From: an uncultured virus (IMG/VR IMGVR_UViG_3300042450_001219)
Lineage: Duplodnaviria; Heunggongvirae; Uroviricota; Caudoviricetes
Virus record (IMG/VR): IMGVR_UViG_3300042450_001219
Length of the DNA: 64,000 bases
Strand: one strand, 5' to 3'
Positions 29,237-38,300 of the stretch are shown here, piece after piece (position 1 is the stretch's first letter; each line of letters begins with the position of its first letter). The notes under the pieces are model-generated. The model made no database searches. It had not been told where the DNA came from and saw only the letters and a program-made list of their open reading frames with translations. Position numbers and translations under genes: made by a program.

Positions 29237-29632
29237 TATAATTTCCCCTATGGGGCATATGGCTTTCCAGCTATATGTCCCATTTTTGTATGCCCATCTT
29301 ATGGGCCAAATTTCTTCTTTACGACGCATATAAAAATACGCTGGAATTTGTATGCATATTGATCAAAATCTGTCAAAATCTGTATAGAATATCTCATTAT
29401 ATGAGACAAATTATACAGAATTAGACATAATTTTTTGCCATAAATATGGGCCAAAATTGCTCTTTACGAACAAATAAAAAAATTTCCTGGAATATCTATT
29501 GACAAATATTGGCCAATATGCTTTATATGGGCGCTATTGACATTATGACCCATCATATGGTAACGTTCCATTACATAGATATGTTTAGATAGTTATAATG
29601 ATAGTATTTAGACCTAAATTGATAGTATGATT

Positions 29633-29658
29633 CTCCACTTTACTCCACAATACTCCAC
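29633..29658 (-). promoter_or_regulatory. MraZ-type triple direct repeat
   Basis: GTGGAG-TATT-GTGGAG-TAAA-GTGGAG with exact 10-bp period. Confidence 0.55.
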
Positions 29659-29873
29659 TAAATAAGCCTCTAGGAGGCTGATACAAGGGAGATAAAAGGG
29701 AGGGGGGATATAATGGGTAAGGACCCAATTGCTTAAATTTCTACAGCTATTTTGCTGAGCATGTAAGGCATATGAATGGGTCATCATCTTGCTTAACATA
29801 GAGTTGCTTACATTGAGTACATGCTACCTTATATGGCTCTGTATTTACATACTTCTCATAGGATGATTGAAAC

Positions 29874-30926
29874 TTATCCATTGGTTCCCCCGCCCTCACC
29901 TTTTCCAACCAGGTATTCTCTCTTTGATATAAAGTATTTAGATAAATCTATCCCTATCTTATTATAATACTCAGCAATTGATTCCTTGTTTGGTGCTCCC
30001 CAATATCCTAGATATTCCCCAGAAAATATTTCAGTTTGATCAAATTGAGAGTTAACTTCGTTAAATTTTCCAATTTTGCCTCTATCAAGAGTTCTCCAGT
30101 CATCGTCAGACAAAAGCTTACCATCGTTAAACTTGTCTTTAGACCACATTATACACTTCTTGATTGAGAACATTCTGTATCCTCTAGTGCCCGCTCTAAA
30201 AGATAGATTAATTTGATCACCGTTGAAAGGGTTTGCTGGATCATGCATCAGCTCACGAGTAAAACCAAATTTTGTAAACATAAATGAAGCAAATATCAGT
30301 CCGTGCTCAACAAAATCTTGCCCCTCTTGCCAATCCACATGACAACCCTCAATAAAAGCATAATCCATCATTTCTTCGCTTGGTACTTGAGCGTTTGCAT
30401 ACGAGGAAGCATTTATGGAAATAACCTGTATTTTTAATGAACCAAAATTTTCATCAGTTTTAAAATCAAATGGGTCTACCGCTATACCCCTCAAATTGTT
30501 ATGCAGAAATACCTCTTTATTTGGTCCATCTATCCATCTAAGAGGATTTGTAGATATGATAGGCTTATCACAAATCTTTAACAGATCGTTATAATGTTGC
30601 TTTAGGGTAGTGTCCCATCCTTTTTCAAAAACATTGTGTGCGTCAACTTGCAGCAAATACTCATGGTCTCTATAATTTATAATAGAGGCCATCATCCTAC
30701 CAATACCAGTGCCTAGTGGGCGCTCATGCTTTATATCTACATAGGTTAGTCTGGGATGATTAAATATTGGATCTGACAAAAAGTCTTTTTGATCTATAAC
30801 CATATTGGCTATTCCAAAATACAATAGGTCTGGATTGTCTGCGTTAGCTAGTGCGCTTTTGATTGTTTGAACTAAAAACTCTTCTTTGCATGCTGCTATA
30901 GATATATAAATTGTTTCGTTGTTCAT
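29874..30926 (-). CDS. GlcNAc-transferase-like glycosyltransferase (Gnt1/GT60-like)
   Basis: IYISIAA...TIKSA...A.NP..LYFGI, EYLLQVDAH..F..GWD, F.G.QI.LS.RA.T.GY. Confidence 0.7.
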   Translation of the reverse strand: MNNETIYISIAACKEEFLVQTIKSALANADNPDLLYFGIANMVIDQKDFLSDPIFNHPRLTYVDIKHERPLGTGIGRMMASIINYRDHEYLLQVDAHNVFEKGWDTTLKQHYNDLLKICDKPIISTNPLRWIDGPNKEVFLHNNLRGIAVDPFDFKTDENFGSLKIQVISINASSYANAQVPSEEMMDYAFIEGCHVDWQEGQDFVEHGLIFASFMFTKFGFTRELMHDPANPFNGDQINLSFRAGTRGYRMFSIKKCIMWSKDKFNDGKLLSDDDWRTLDRGKIGKFNEVNSQFDQTEIFSGEYLGYWGAPNKESIAEYYNKIGIDLSKYFISKREYLVGKGEGGGTNG

Positions 30927-31150
30927 AGATGAATCTCATTTACTGGCTCTTTCGACCAGTGTATGTAAGATCTAATATAAACTGCTGCATATGCTATTGC
31001 TGAGGCTATAAATCCATATTGCTTTGTTATTAGGGCATATGCTATCCACAAAGCCTCATTAAATAATAAAACCCACCATCCCCATATTGTCTTTCGACCA
31101 ACAAAGAATATGCCTGTTACACCTATAATAGCTAATACCCATGACCACAT
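30923..31150 (-). CDS. Small PnuC-like membrane protein
   Basis: Trp-rich TM segments with a GW...NEALWIAY...QYGF pattern. Confidence 0.55.
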   Translation of the reverse strand: MWSWVLAIIGVTGIFFVGRKTIWGWWVLLFNEALWIAYALITKQYGFIASAIAYAAVYIRSYIHWSKEPVNEIHL

Positions 31151-31295
31151 TATTTGTCACCCCGTTCTTTTTCCCAATACGGGATCCCGTTTTTATCACG
31201 ATCATTCCACTTTTCACCGCTCATATCAATATCTTTAAGCATCTCTTCTATAACTAATTTAAGACGCATTGATCTGTCAGGATCAATATCGCTCA

Positions 31296-31508
31296 TCAGT
31301 ATCCACCAAGACATTCATTACGAGTATGATATAGCCTGATCTTAGTCAATATCTTTTTAGTTGGAGCGTTTAATGGCTCTTGGCATGCACCGCATTCCAT
31401 ATCCCATTCACCGCTAAAGAAGTCATATCTAGCACCATATTTTTGTTTTGCGTATTTTGCTATACGAAAAGCAGTAAATGGATCAGGTATCTCTAAACTC
31501 TGCAACAT
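31296..31508 (-). CDS. Hypothetical protein (CxxC), leaderless
   Basis: TTGTCA-N17-TATACT ends 6 nt before the ATG. Confidence 0.6.
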   Translation of the reverse strand: MLQSLEIPDPFTAFRIAKYAKQKYGARYDFFSGEWDMECGACQEPLNAPTKKILTKIRLYHTRNECLGGY

Positions 31509-31546
31509 GTATTTAGTATATCATTTATGTCAGGTACTGACAAGGG

Positions 31547-31574
31547 GGTCTCTACTTTTCGACTTCACTTTTCG
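31547..31574 (-). repeat. Right copy of the inverted repeat bracketing the island
   Basis: See 16297-16323. Confidence 0.7.
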
Positions 31575-31591
31575 GTCAATATTAGATTATA

Positions 31592-31994
31592 TTATGAGCT
31601 TAACCCTTTAAATGAATGGCATTCACATACGCCTACTACATCATATCTACATGTATCTACTTCTGCTAAATCATTATACTTAGCTGCTTTAGTGCAGTAA
31701 TGACATTTTTCTGGCTCTTCCGCCTCTAGATAGGCTTCAAGGTTATCTAATATGCCCATGCTACTTATTCCTTGGGATGAGACTCTGTGGTCCTTCTGTG
31801 CCAAATAGAGACTTCTTTACTGGTACACAGTTAGGGACTTTCTTTCCGCCCTTATCTTTCATACCAACCTGCTTGTATCCGCTCCAGCAAGCCTTTTCTA
31901 GGTTGTCCCATTTATCTTCATCTGGGTTATCTGATTCATATCCCTTTGAGATCTCTTCATCTGTTAAATTAATATCATTATTGTCCATAATCAT
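31592..31994 (-). CDS. Two small hypothetical genes (31592-31759 Cys-rich; 31761-31988/31994 with a CWxGY...VPNCVP motif)
   Basis: ORFs. Confidence 0.55.
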
Positions 31995-31995
31995 A

Positions 31996-32367
31996 TTATA
32001 TCATATTCTTAGGTTTATCTTTTGACACTTGCTCTAAGTATATTTTAGCTGAAATTGCAAGCTCTTCGTATGTCATTGCTGTATGCTTATGCTCTTTATC
32101 TTTTCCAAACAAGTTTTTTAATAGCTCTATAGGGGTGATAACCTTATCTTCTGGCAACCCGCCGTGTTTATAAAGCATTTTAAGCAGGACGCCTGCAATA
32201 AATATATCATCGGTAAATGCAGCCCAAGGGAAAAGTATATCGAATAGGTCAATCGGTGAAGCCAGCCAGACAACACACAAGATAGAAATAACCTTTATGT
32301 GTCTTGGTGATCTATCAAATTGTGCCCTATACGGCTTTAATAATATCTTTAATTTGTTATACTTCAT
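31996..32367 (-). CDS. YkvA/DUF1232-like membrane protein
   Basis: WLASPIDLFD..FPW.AFTDD motif. Confidence 0.65.
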   Translation of the reverse strand: MKYNKLKILLKPYRAQFDRSPRHIKVISILCVVWLASPIDLFDILFPWAAFTDDIFIAGVLLKMLYKHGGLPEDKVITPIELLKNLFGKDKEHKHTAMTYEELAISAKIYLEQVSKDKPKNMI

Positions 32368-33007
32368 CTATTGGCATTACCATTCTTATTTGATTTTCAT
32401 GATACTGAATATGATAATCTCTTAGTTGATGTGTTACTGCACAATAGCATATTGGACAGCTGGTGATCCATTGAGATTTATCCTCCCAATGTTTAGGCAT
32501 CTGCCCTTTTTAACCATTGATCTTCCCACAATCCAATGAGAGACTTATTGCCAATGTCATCAAAATAGTAACGCTTGGCGTTACTATCGTAGTTCCAGCC
32601 ATACCACATGTCGCCTTCCATCCAGCTAGATGATGCAATCTTCATTCCTTCTGGGTCATTAACAATTGTATCTAGATGATCGTAAAGGTGAACTTCATCA
32701 AAAATATATTCTCTGAGATTAGTCCAGCTAAATATGCGCCTTGCTATCCATTCAATCATCTTTTGGATCCTTTTCCCATGTAAGCTTTCCATCTTTATAT
32801 ACTGGCCAATATCCTAAAGGACGCCAGTCCATTTTCATTATCTTAGGCTCTTTCATTGCGCCGCCTGAATTGGTATCATTAATCTGCATCTCTCGCAGTA
32901 CTGATAAGTTGATCCTGTATATGGGCATGAGCCTGCTGCTACGAGAATGTGTCCCTTGATGCGACAAATTATTTTATTTATCATTATAGTTCATTATATA
33001 ATATGAA

Positions 33008-33808
33008 CTAAATGTTGTCAATAGTATTATTGTTATTAAAACTTATTAGCTTTTCTTCCATATTTTGGTAAGGCTCTCCAAGAGCTGAAGTTATTCCTGT
33101 TCCAGTATGCATAAACAAAAATATATAAGTTTTGTTTCCAGAAATCACTTCACTAACTTCATGAGAAACCAAGCATGGAAGAAAAACTATGCTCCCAGCT
33201 GAAGGCTTTATTGAATATCCTAGCTGATCAAACACTAGTTCTCCGCCTTCGTAGTCATCATTTAAATATATGAGAGACGTCCAGTCCATCGAATTTTTTG
33301 GGTTTAAAATGTTTCTGTCTATGTGTGGCCCCATGAAACCACCAATTCTATACTTTCTAATACAGTAGTTTCTGGTTATGTGATGCGGTAGATCATTGTT
33401 TGTCTTTTCTGACCAAATTTTTAAAGCGTTAATATAATCATCTTCTATCATTTTGATAGCTGGCAATGCCAATTGATGAGCTTTGCTTTCTTGAGCATAA
33501 TTAGAAATATCTTTGCGGGGCCAATATTGATTGTCTTCATTATAAGAAAGGTCCCAGTCTAACATCTTAGCAACTCCTGCTAAGGCTCCTTCGTTGTCTG
33601 GAAATATCTGTTCCCATTTTGTCAAATCATTTTCGTCTAAGCTAACTGGATAGCCGTTAATCCATGTGCTCCATGAAGGGAAAACTTTTAAAATTTCAGG
33701 GTTTTGATCATTTGATTCCACAAAATCTAAAAACTCTTTAGATTTAGGAAATGCATTCTCAATGTATATTACGCCACCAGGCATATCGTGAATTATTGGA
33801 GTAGTCAT
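33008..33808 (-). CDS. 2OG-Fe(II) oxygenase, prolyl-4-hydroxylase-like
   Basis: MGPHID, YLNDDYEGGEL, KPSAGS, HEV. Confidence 0.85.
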   Translation of the reverse strand: MTTPIIHDMPGGVIYIENAFPKSKEFLDFVESNDQNPEILKVFPSWSTWINGYPVSLDENDLTKWEQIFPDNEGALAGVAKMLDWDLSYNEDNQYWPRKDISNYAQESKAHQLALPAIKMIEDDYINALKIWSEKTNNDLPHHITRNYCIRKYRIGGFMGPHIDRNILNPKNSMDWTSLIYLNDDYEGGELVFDQLGYSIKPSAGSIVFLPCLVSHEVSEVISGNKTYIFLFMHTGTGITSALGEPYQNMEEKLISFNNNNTIDNI

Positions 33809-33815
33809 GAATTAA

Positions 33816-34004
33816 TTATAGCATTTCTTTGTTTATTGCGTCTTTAATCACTGGATCAAGTCTGTCCCAATGTCCTTTTTCGCTTCCCTGGTAAACCTGA
33901 CCAGTTTCTCTATCCACAAGAAGCCACTTTTCTGGACACTTAGTTTTAACAGTTAAATTGACAGATTTTAAAATTGTTTTAAACTTAAATTGTTTACGCA
34001 ACAC
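33816..34004 (-). CDS. Hypothetical protein, paralog of 54944-55210
   Basis: TKCPEKWLLVDRETGQVY. Confidence 0.55.
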   Translation of the reverse strand: MLRKQFKFKTILKSVNLTVKTKCPEKWLLVDRETGQVYQGSEKGHWDRLDPVIKDAINKEML

Positions 34005-34301
34005 TTATCCTTTTATTGCAAGCACACTTTTTGTATTTAAAAGTAAGTACTTTTCTCCATCTGTATCTTCAATATCTGTTCCGCTATTTTGGTTGTAATA
34101 AACTATATCATTAACATTGAGGCCCGTTATAGGAATGAGCTCGCCTTTATAGTTATATTCTCCGTTTCCCATTTCTACAATCTTACCAGTTCTAAGGTTA
34201 GATTCACTTAATGATGCCATAAGAACTATGCCAGACGTTGTGGTTCTGTCCTCAACTTTATCTTCTTTTACTAACAACAAGTTGCCAAATGGTTTAATCA
34301 T
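34005..34301 (-). CDS. groES: Co-chaperonin GroES (Cpn10)
   Basis: IKPFGNLLLVK, TTSGIVL, G.IV..G.G motifs. Confidence 0.85.
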   Translation of the reverse strand: MIKPFGNLLLVKEDKVEDRTTTSGIVLMASLSESNLRTGKIVEMGNGEYNYKGELIPITGLNVNDIVYYNQNSGTDIEDTDGEKYLLLNTKSVLAIKG

Positions 34302-34501
34302 TTGTTATTACTCCTCAAAAGATTCTTGTGTTTCCCAAAAGCTATCCTTTTTGAACTGCTCTTGTATTCTTTTTGCATCTAAAATTACAGACATTTCTCT
34401 ATAAAGTTTTATTCCCATGTAAACACACACTGCAAATATAGCTGCGGCAAATATAATAAAGTTATTCATATCTATATTATACAGCACTATAAGTAAAGCT
34501 G

Positions 34502-35182
34502 TCAATCCTTATATATATTTTTTAATACTTCTCTAGAATCAAAACCTTTAAATTCATATTCCTTTTCTTTAACAAGCCATAGAATTACAGCATACTTAGT
34601 TCCGTCTGATATCATCCTGCCACCGTGCCACTGATCGGCTGGGAAAACAAATGCGTCCAAGGCTCTTGGCTTGCACACAAGACCGCCTGCGCCATCTTTA
34701 TATAAATAAAATGTATCACCGTACCGCGCTGCATGTGGAGATTCTTCAAAATCAGCTTCGTCAAAGCTCTCCAAGAAAACAACTTCTCCGTCTGAATAAT
34801 TATCGTTAAGGTATATAACACAGCTCCAAACTAAAGATGAGAAATCGTTGTGGACGTCCTGATGTATTCTAAGCTGTATATCTTTTGATAGTTTTGTTAT
34901 AGAAACTCCATAAAAATATAAATCTTGATCTATTTTATATTCTGATTTAACAGTGTCTATAAATTTTTTAGAATACTTATTTATAATTGGCTCTAGATCT
35001 TTAAACAAATACGGTGGCTTCTGGTCTGGGAATATTGCTCTAGATGCCAATCCTTTATTTACTGCTATGCCAACTCTACTTTTAAACTTTAAATCATCAT
35101 CCGAATTTTTATTAATCCAGTCTATTAAAAACAAAGAGTCTTCCTCAGATATAAAGTTGTTAATTAATTTTATATCTTTCAT
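34502..35182 (-). CDS. 2OG-Fe(II) oxygenase
   Basis: IHQD, YLNDNYSDGE, HGG...KY. Confidence 0.8.
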   Translation of the reverse strand: MKDIKLINNFISEEDSLFLIDWINKNSDDDLKFKSRVGIAVNKGLASRAIFPDQKPPYLFKDLEPIINKYSKKFIDTVKSEYKIDQDLYFYGVSITKLSKDIQLRIHQDVHNDFSSLVWSCVIYLNDNYSDGEVVFLESFDEADFEESPHAARYGDTFYLYKDGAGGLVCKPRALDAFVFPADQWHGGRMISDGTKYAVILWLVKEKEYEFKGFDSREVLKNIYKD

Positions 35183-35772
35183 TGATTAACTGAATCTGGG
35201 AATATGTCTATTAATAAATGAACTCTGTCTATGCTGCTATCATTTAAAACAGAATGTGGCTTTAAGTTATTTATCTCCCAACATTCCCCGCACTTCATGT
35301 TAATTTTTTCTCCATTAACAGTATAATAAACACTATCATTTGTTATAATCGGTATATGGAATCTCTTTACAGTAGATAGGTAATCTCCTTTATCGGTATG
35401 CTCTGGAACATCCTTATTAGATTCAAGCTTAATTAGAAGGACTCTTCCAGAAGTGCCGCCGTAGATTGACTCTAGATCTTTTACTATAGGTGACACTAAG
35501 TCAAAAATGTTTTGATCCTTAATGACTGTATCTATTTTTGTTCCAAAGTCCCACTGTAGGCTGTGGTCTTGTACTATAAATGTTTGTGTGTGTGCGTGTG
35601 GATTTGCTCTGCCTGCGTAAACCACATTTTGCCTATTCTGATCAATTAGCCATTCAGAGCTAAATTTTTGTAAGGCATCTTCAATATGAACTACATCATA
35701 AGTTTTATTAAATCTAAAATTAAAATCTTCTAATTCTTTTTTTGGAGTTAGATCTCCTCTAAGAAATGCCAT
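35179..35772 (-). CDS. Aspartyl/asparaginyl beta-hydroxylase-like 2OG oxygenase
   Basis: HTD, RFHIPIITN, GECWEINN..PHSV, RVHLLID. Confidence 0.8.
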   Translation of the reverse strand: MAFLRGDLTPKKELEDFNFRFNKTYDVVHIEDALQKFSSEWLIDQNRQNVVYAGRANPHAHTQTFIVQDHSLQWDFGTKIDTVIKDQNIFDLVSPIVKDLESIYGGTSGRVLLIKLESNKDVPEHTDKGDYLSTVKRFHIPIITNDSVYYTVNGEKINMKCGECWEINNLKPHSVLNDSSIDRVHLLIDIFPDSVNQ

Positions 35773-36628
35773 TTGTCTCATTATCCCTAACATAGTTATA
35801 AATAAAGTAATCAATGTTGTTATTCTTTATAATCAATTCAGCGTCTTCTTCAGATATAAGAGACATTAGGTACTCAGTAGTAATGTTTTTCTCATCTCCG
35901 TATGAAAAAGATCCGTAGTTTATAATATTGTTTTGGTCAAACTCTACCTCTATTTGATAGTTATTATTAAACCAATCGCTGATATTTTTTTCAAACATAG
36001 CAATATTGTCTAAAGAGTTTACAATTTTAAACTTTTTTATCGCCTCCATTGCATTTTCTTGAGAAGTTTTTTCGTTTCCAACAAACCAAGTAAACGCCTC
36101 TCCCTTTTTAAAAAATGGATCCATCATTTCTTCATGATTTTTTGTGTAAAAGCTTCTAGGATCAAATGAACGCTCATCAGCTGAATTGCAAATAAACCTG
36201 GATTGATAGTTATTGTGTAGCTTAAAATTTGGATCTTCAAAAAGATAGTATCTTAATTTTTCCAGCGTGGACTTTCTTTCAATATACTCATCTCTTAAAA
36301 AAAGAGCACGATTATATATAAAATTAAAATAGCTTAGTCTAGCTTCAACTGGGTGTCTTACTACAACAGCAACATCTAAAGAGTCTATTAGATCAATTGG
36401 ATAGGTACCAGCATGCATAGATATGTAAGCCTTGTTAACAAAATTTTTATTGTTTGGATAGTGTGTACTTATATAGTAAGGTATATTATTTTTATCTAAA
36501 GATTTCTTTATATTTGCAGATACATATTTACCAGCAGTTTTTGGTATGTGCAAAAAATATAGCTGCTTTAGACTTCCTTCTTGATTAAGTTCTTGTTCCA
36601 GCCGTTCTCGATTATTTTCTCGTTCCAC
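35759..36628 (-). CDS. Sulfotransferase-family protein
   Basis: FLHIPKTAG (5'-PSB) and RHPVEARLSYF (3'-PB); start uncertain. Confidence 0.75.
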   Translation of the reverse strand: MERENNRERLEQELNQEGSLKQLYFLHIPKTAGKYVSANIKKSLDKNNIPYYISTHYPNNKNFVNKAYISMHAGTYPIDLIDSLDVAVVVRHPVEARLSYFNFIYNRALFLRDEYIERKSTLEKLRYYLFEDPNFKLHNNYQSRFICNSADERSFDPRSFYTKNHEEMMDPFFKKGEAFTWFVGNEKTSQENAMEAIKKFKIVNSLDNIAMFEKNISDWFNNNYQIEVEFDQNNIINYGSFSYGDEKNITTEYLMSLISEEDAELIIKNNNIDYFIYNYVRDNETNGIS

Positions 36629-37434
36629 TTATTAAGGCTCCTTCCTTGATTATAAGAGCCTTCCTTGTGTCTTTCACGAAGAATTTCTGTCCACTCTTCT
36701 TCAGAGTGTTGAGCTTTTTCAGAATGCCAGGCTTCTGATCCTGGGTACTCGTATCTCCAGTAAGCTCTAATTAGCGCTTTAGATCCGCCCTTAGCAACCA
36801 TTGGGCTATGGTAAAAAGGGTGACCAGAAGGGAACATTATTAAGTCACCAGCATTTGGCTTGTAGTATACGTGACTAAGTAGATCTTCCTTATCATCACT
36901 TAGCTCTATGATGTTTACTCCACCATCTTCATAATCATCATTCAAATAGAATAAGCATGTTGTTCCAAACTTTAGGCCAGGATCTTCTCTTCTTTCTTCT
37001 TGGAAATCAGTGTGGTAGTTCATGCCCTGGAAATCGTTAACTCCCATTCCGTCTTTATAGTAAGCTATATCAACCGAATCCCAGCACCAGTTATCGTAAT
37101 CCACTTTAACTGAGCCAAAGTACTGAACTGAAGATTCATGAAACACTTTAAACAAATCTTTAACGTACTCATTATTTGTAATTCCAATTTCTTTATCAGA
37201 AAAATTTTCATCCATAAACTTTTGCCAATCATCTTTGCTGGGAAATGATTCAAAGTATCCTCTAGATGTTGGTATTATTATATGAAAACCAAACGTATAC
37301 CAAGGAATTGATTTATCTTCATGGTTACTTAGGTAATATTCTAGCATCTCTTTAGAGTTACTTAGGGCATTTTTAAATACCCAAACTTTTTCATGAAGTT
37401 TTTCTACCTCAATCTCTTTACCATTTATAATCAA
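36568..37434 (-). CDS. 2OG-Fe(II) oxygenase, prolyl-4-hydroxylase-like
   Basis: YHTD, YLNDDYEDG, KPNAGDLIMFPS..P.YH. Confidence 0.82.
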   Translation of the reverse strand: MIINGKEIEVEKLHEKVWVFKNALSNSKEMLEYYLSNHEDKSIPWYTFGFHIIIPTSRGYFESFPSKDDWQKFMDENFSDKEIGITNNEYVKDLFKVFHESSVQYFGSVKVDYDNWCWDSVDIAYYKDGMGVNDFQGMNYHTDFQEERREDPGLKFGTTCLFYLNDDYEDGGVNIIELSDDKEDLLSHVYYKPNAGDLIMFPSGHPFYHSPMVAKGGSKALIRAYWRYEYPGSEAWHSEKAQHSEEEWTEILRERHKEGSYNQGRSLNKWNEKIIENGWNKNLIKKEV

Positions 37435-37789
37435 TTGATAGTTCCTACCTTTAGAAAGATAATAGATAGTCTATTTCTTTGGATGTTTTGGAGAGTAATC
37501 TCCTACGATAGCTTTTATTCTACCGTCTTTTCTTAATCTCACAATTTTACCATCACGAATAATCGTGTCGTTAAAAGGTACTTGCCTGCCAAATTTTTTT
37601 GGAGGCATTATACTTTCTTTCTTCCAGTTTTTCTAGGTGCTTGAGGAACAGCTGGTGTTTCTCTTCTAATACCGTGCTTGTTGACATCGATTTTCATTGG
37701 AGGTCTTTTAGGCTGTACGCCAGATTTAAATTTACCCTGAGAAGGATTCTTTTTTGTTGCTTCTCCAGAGCTTACAACGTTTTCTGACA

Positions 37790-37897
37790 CTACGCTCCCT
37801 TAATTTGTGAGATAGTTACAACATTATTGTTAGCTGGTGATGGAGCTGATTCATACTGAATTTGCTCGTCTTTACCGCATGCACAATCTTTACACAT
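37790..37897 (-). CDS. 35-aa peptide MCKDCACG
   Basis: TAATG-coupled ORF, not in the track. Confidence 0.55.
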   Translation of the reverse strand: MCKDCACGKDEQIQYESAPSPANNNVVTISQIKGA

Positions 37898-37989
37898 TAT
37901 TGATCCCTTTGATCTGATACATCCTGGATATTAACTTCTTTAATTCCAGTTTCGCTTCCTACGCTTTCGCAACCGCATTCAAAGCACAT
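37897..37989 (-). CDS. 30-aa peptide MCFECGCE
   Basis: ORF abutting its neighbours, not in the track. Confidence 0.55.
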   Translation of the reverse strand: MCFECGCESVGSETGIKEVNIQDVSDQRDQ

Positions 37990-37990
37990 A

Positions 37991-38143
37991 TTACTTTGGA
38001 CCCTGAGCCTGCGCTTGGTTTGAAACGTCTGTTGATGGGAATGCTGCCTTTGGGTCAGCTGCGTACTGCTCGTTGTTACCCCATACTGTTGAATCGTTTA
38101 CTTTTGGTGATGTAAATCCGTTTAAATCTTTTCCGTCTGACAT
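37991..38143 (-). CDS. 50-aa hypothetical peptide MSDGKDLNG
   Basis: AGGAG RBS. Confidence 0.6.
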   Translation of the reverse strand: MSDGKDLNGFTSPKVNDSTVWGNNEQYAADPKAAFPSTDVSNQAQAQGPK

Positions 38144-38190
38144 GTTATTGCTCCTATAGGTTATTTATTTAAGCGGGACTAGTATTCCAC

Positions 38191-38295
38191 TTATGAATCT
38201 ATTATATCATTTAGTTGATTAGGATCAACCTCTGCCTCTGTGGGCCTCTCATTGCCAAGACCCACGTGGTCTGCACATCCGCATATCCAACACAT
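38191..38295 (-). CDS. 34-aa peptide MCWICGCA
   Basis: Starts 5 nt after the radical SAM stop codon; not in the track. Confidence 0.5.
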   Translation of the reverse strand: MCWICGCADHVGLGNERPTEAEVDPNQLNDIIDS

Positions 38296-38300
38296 CTGCG

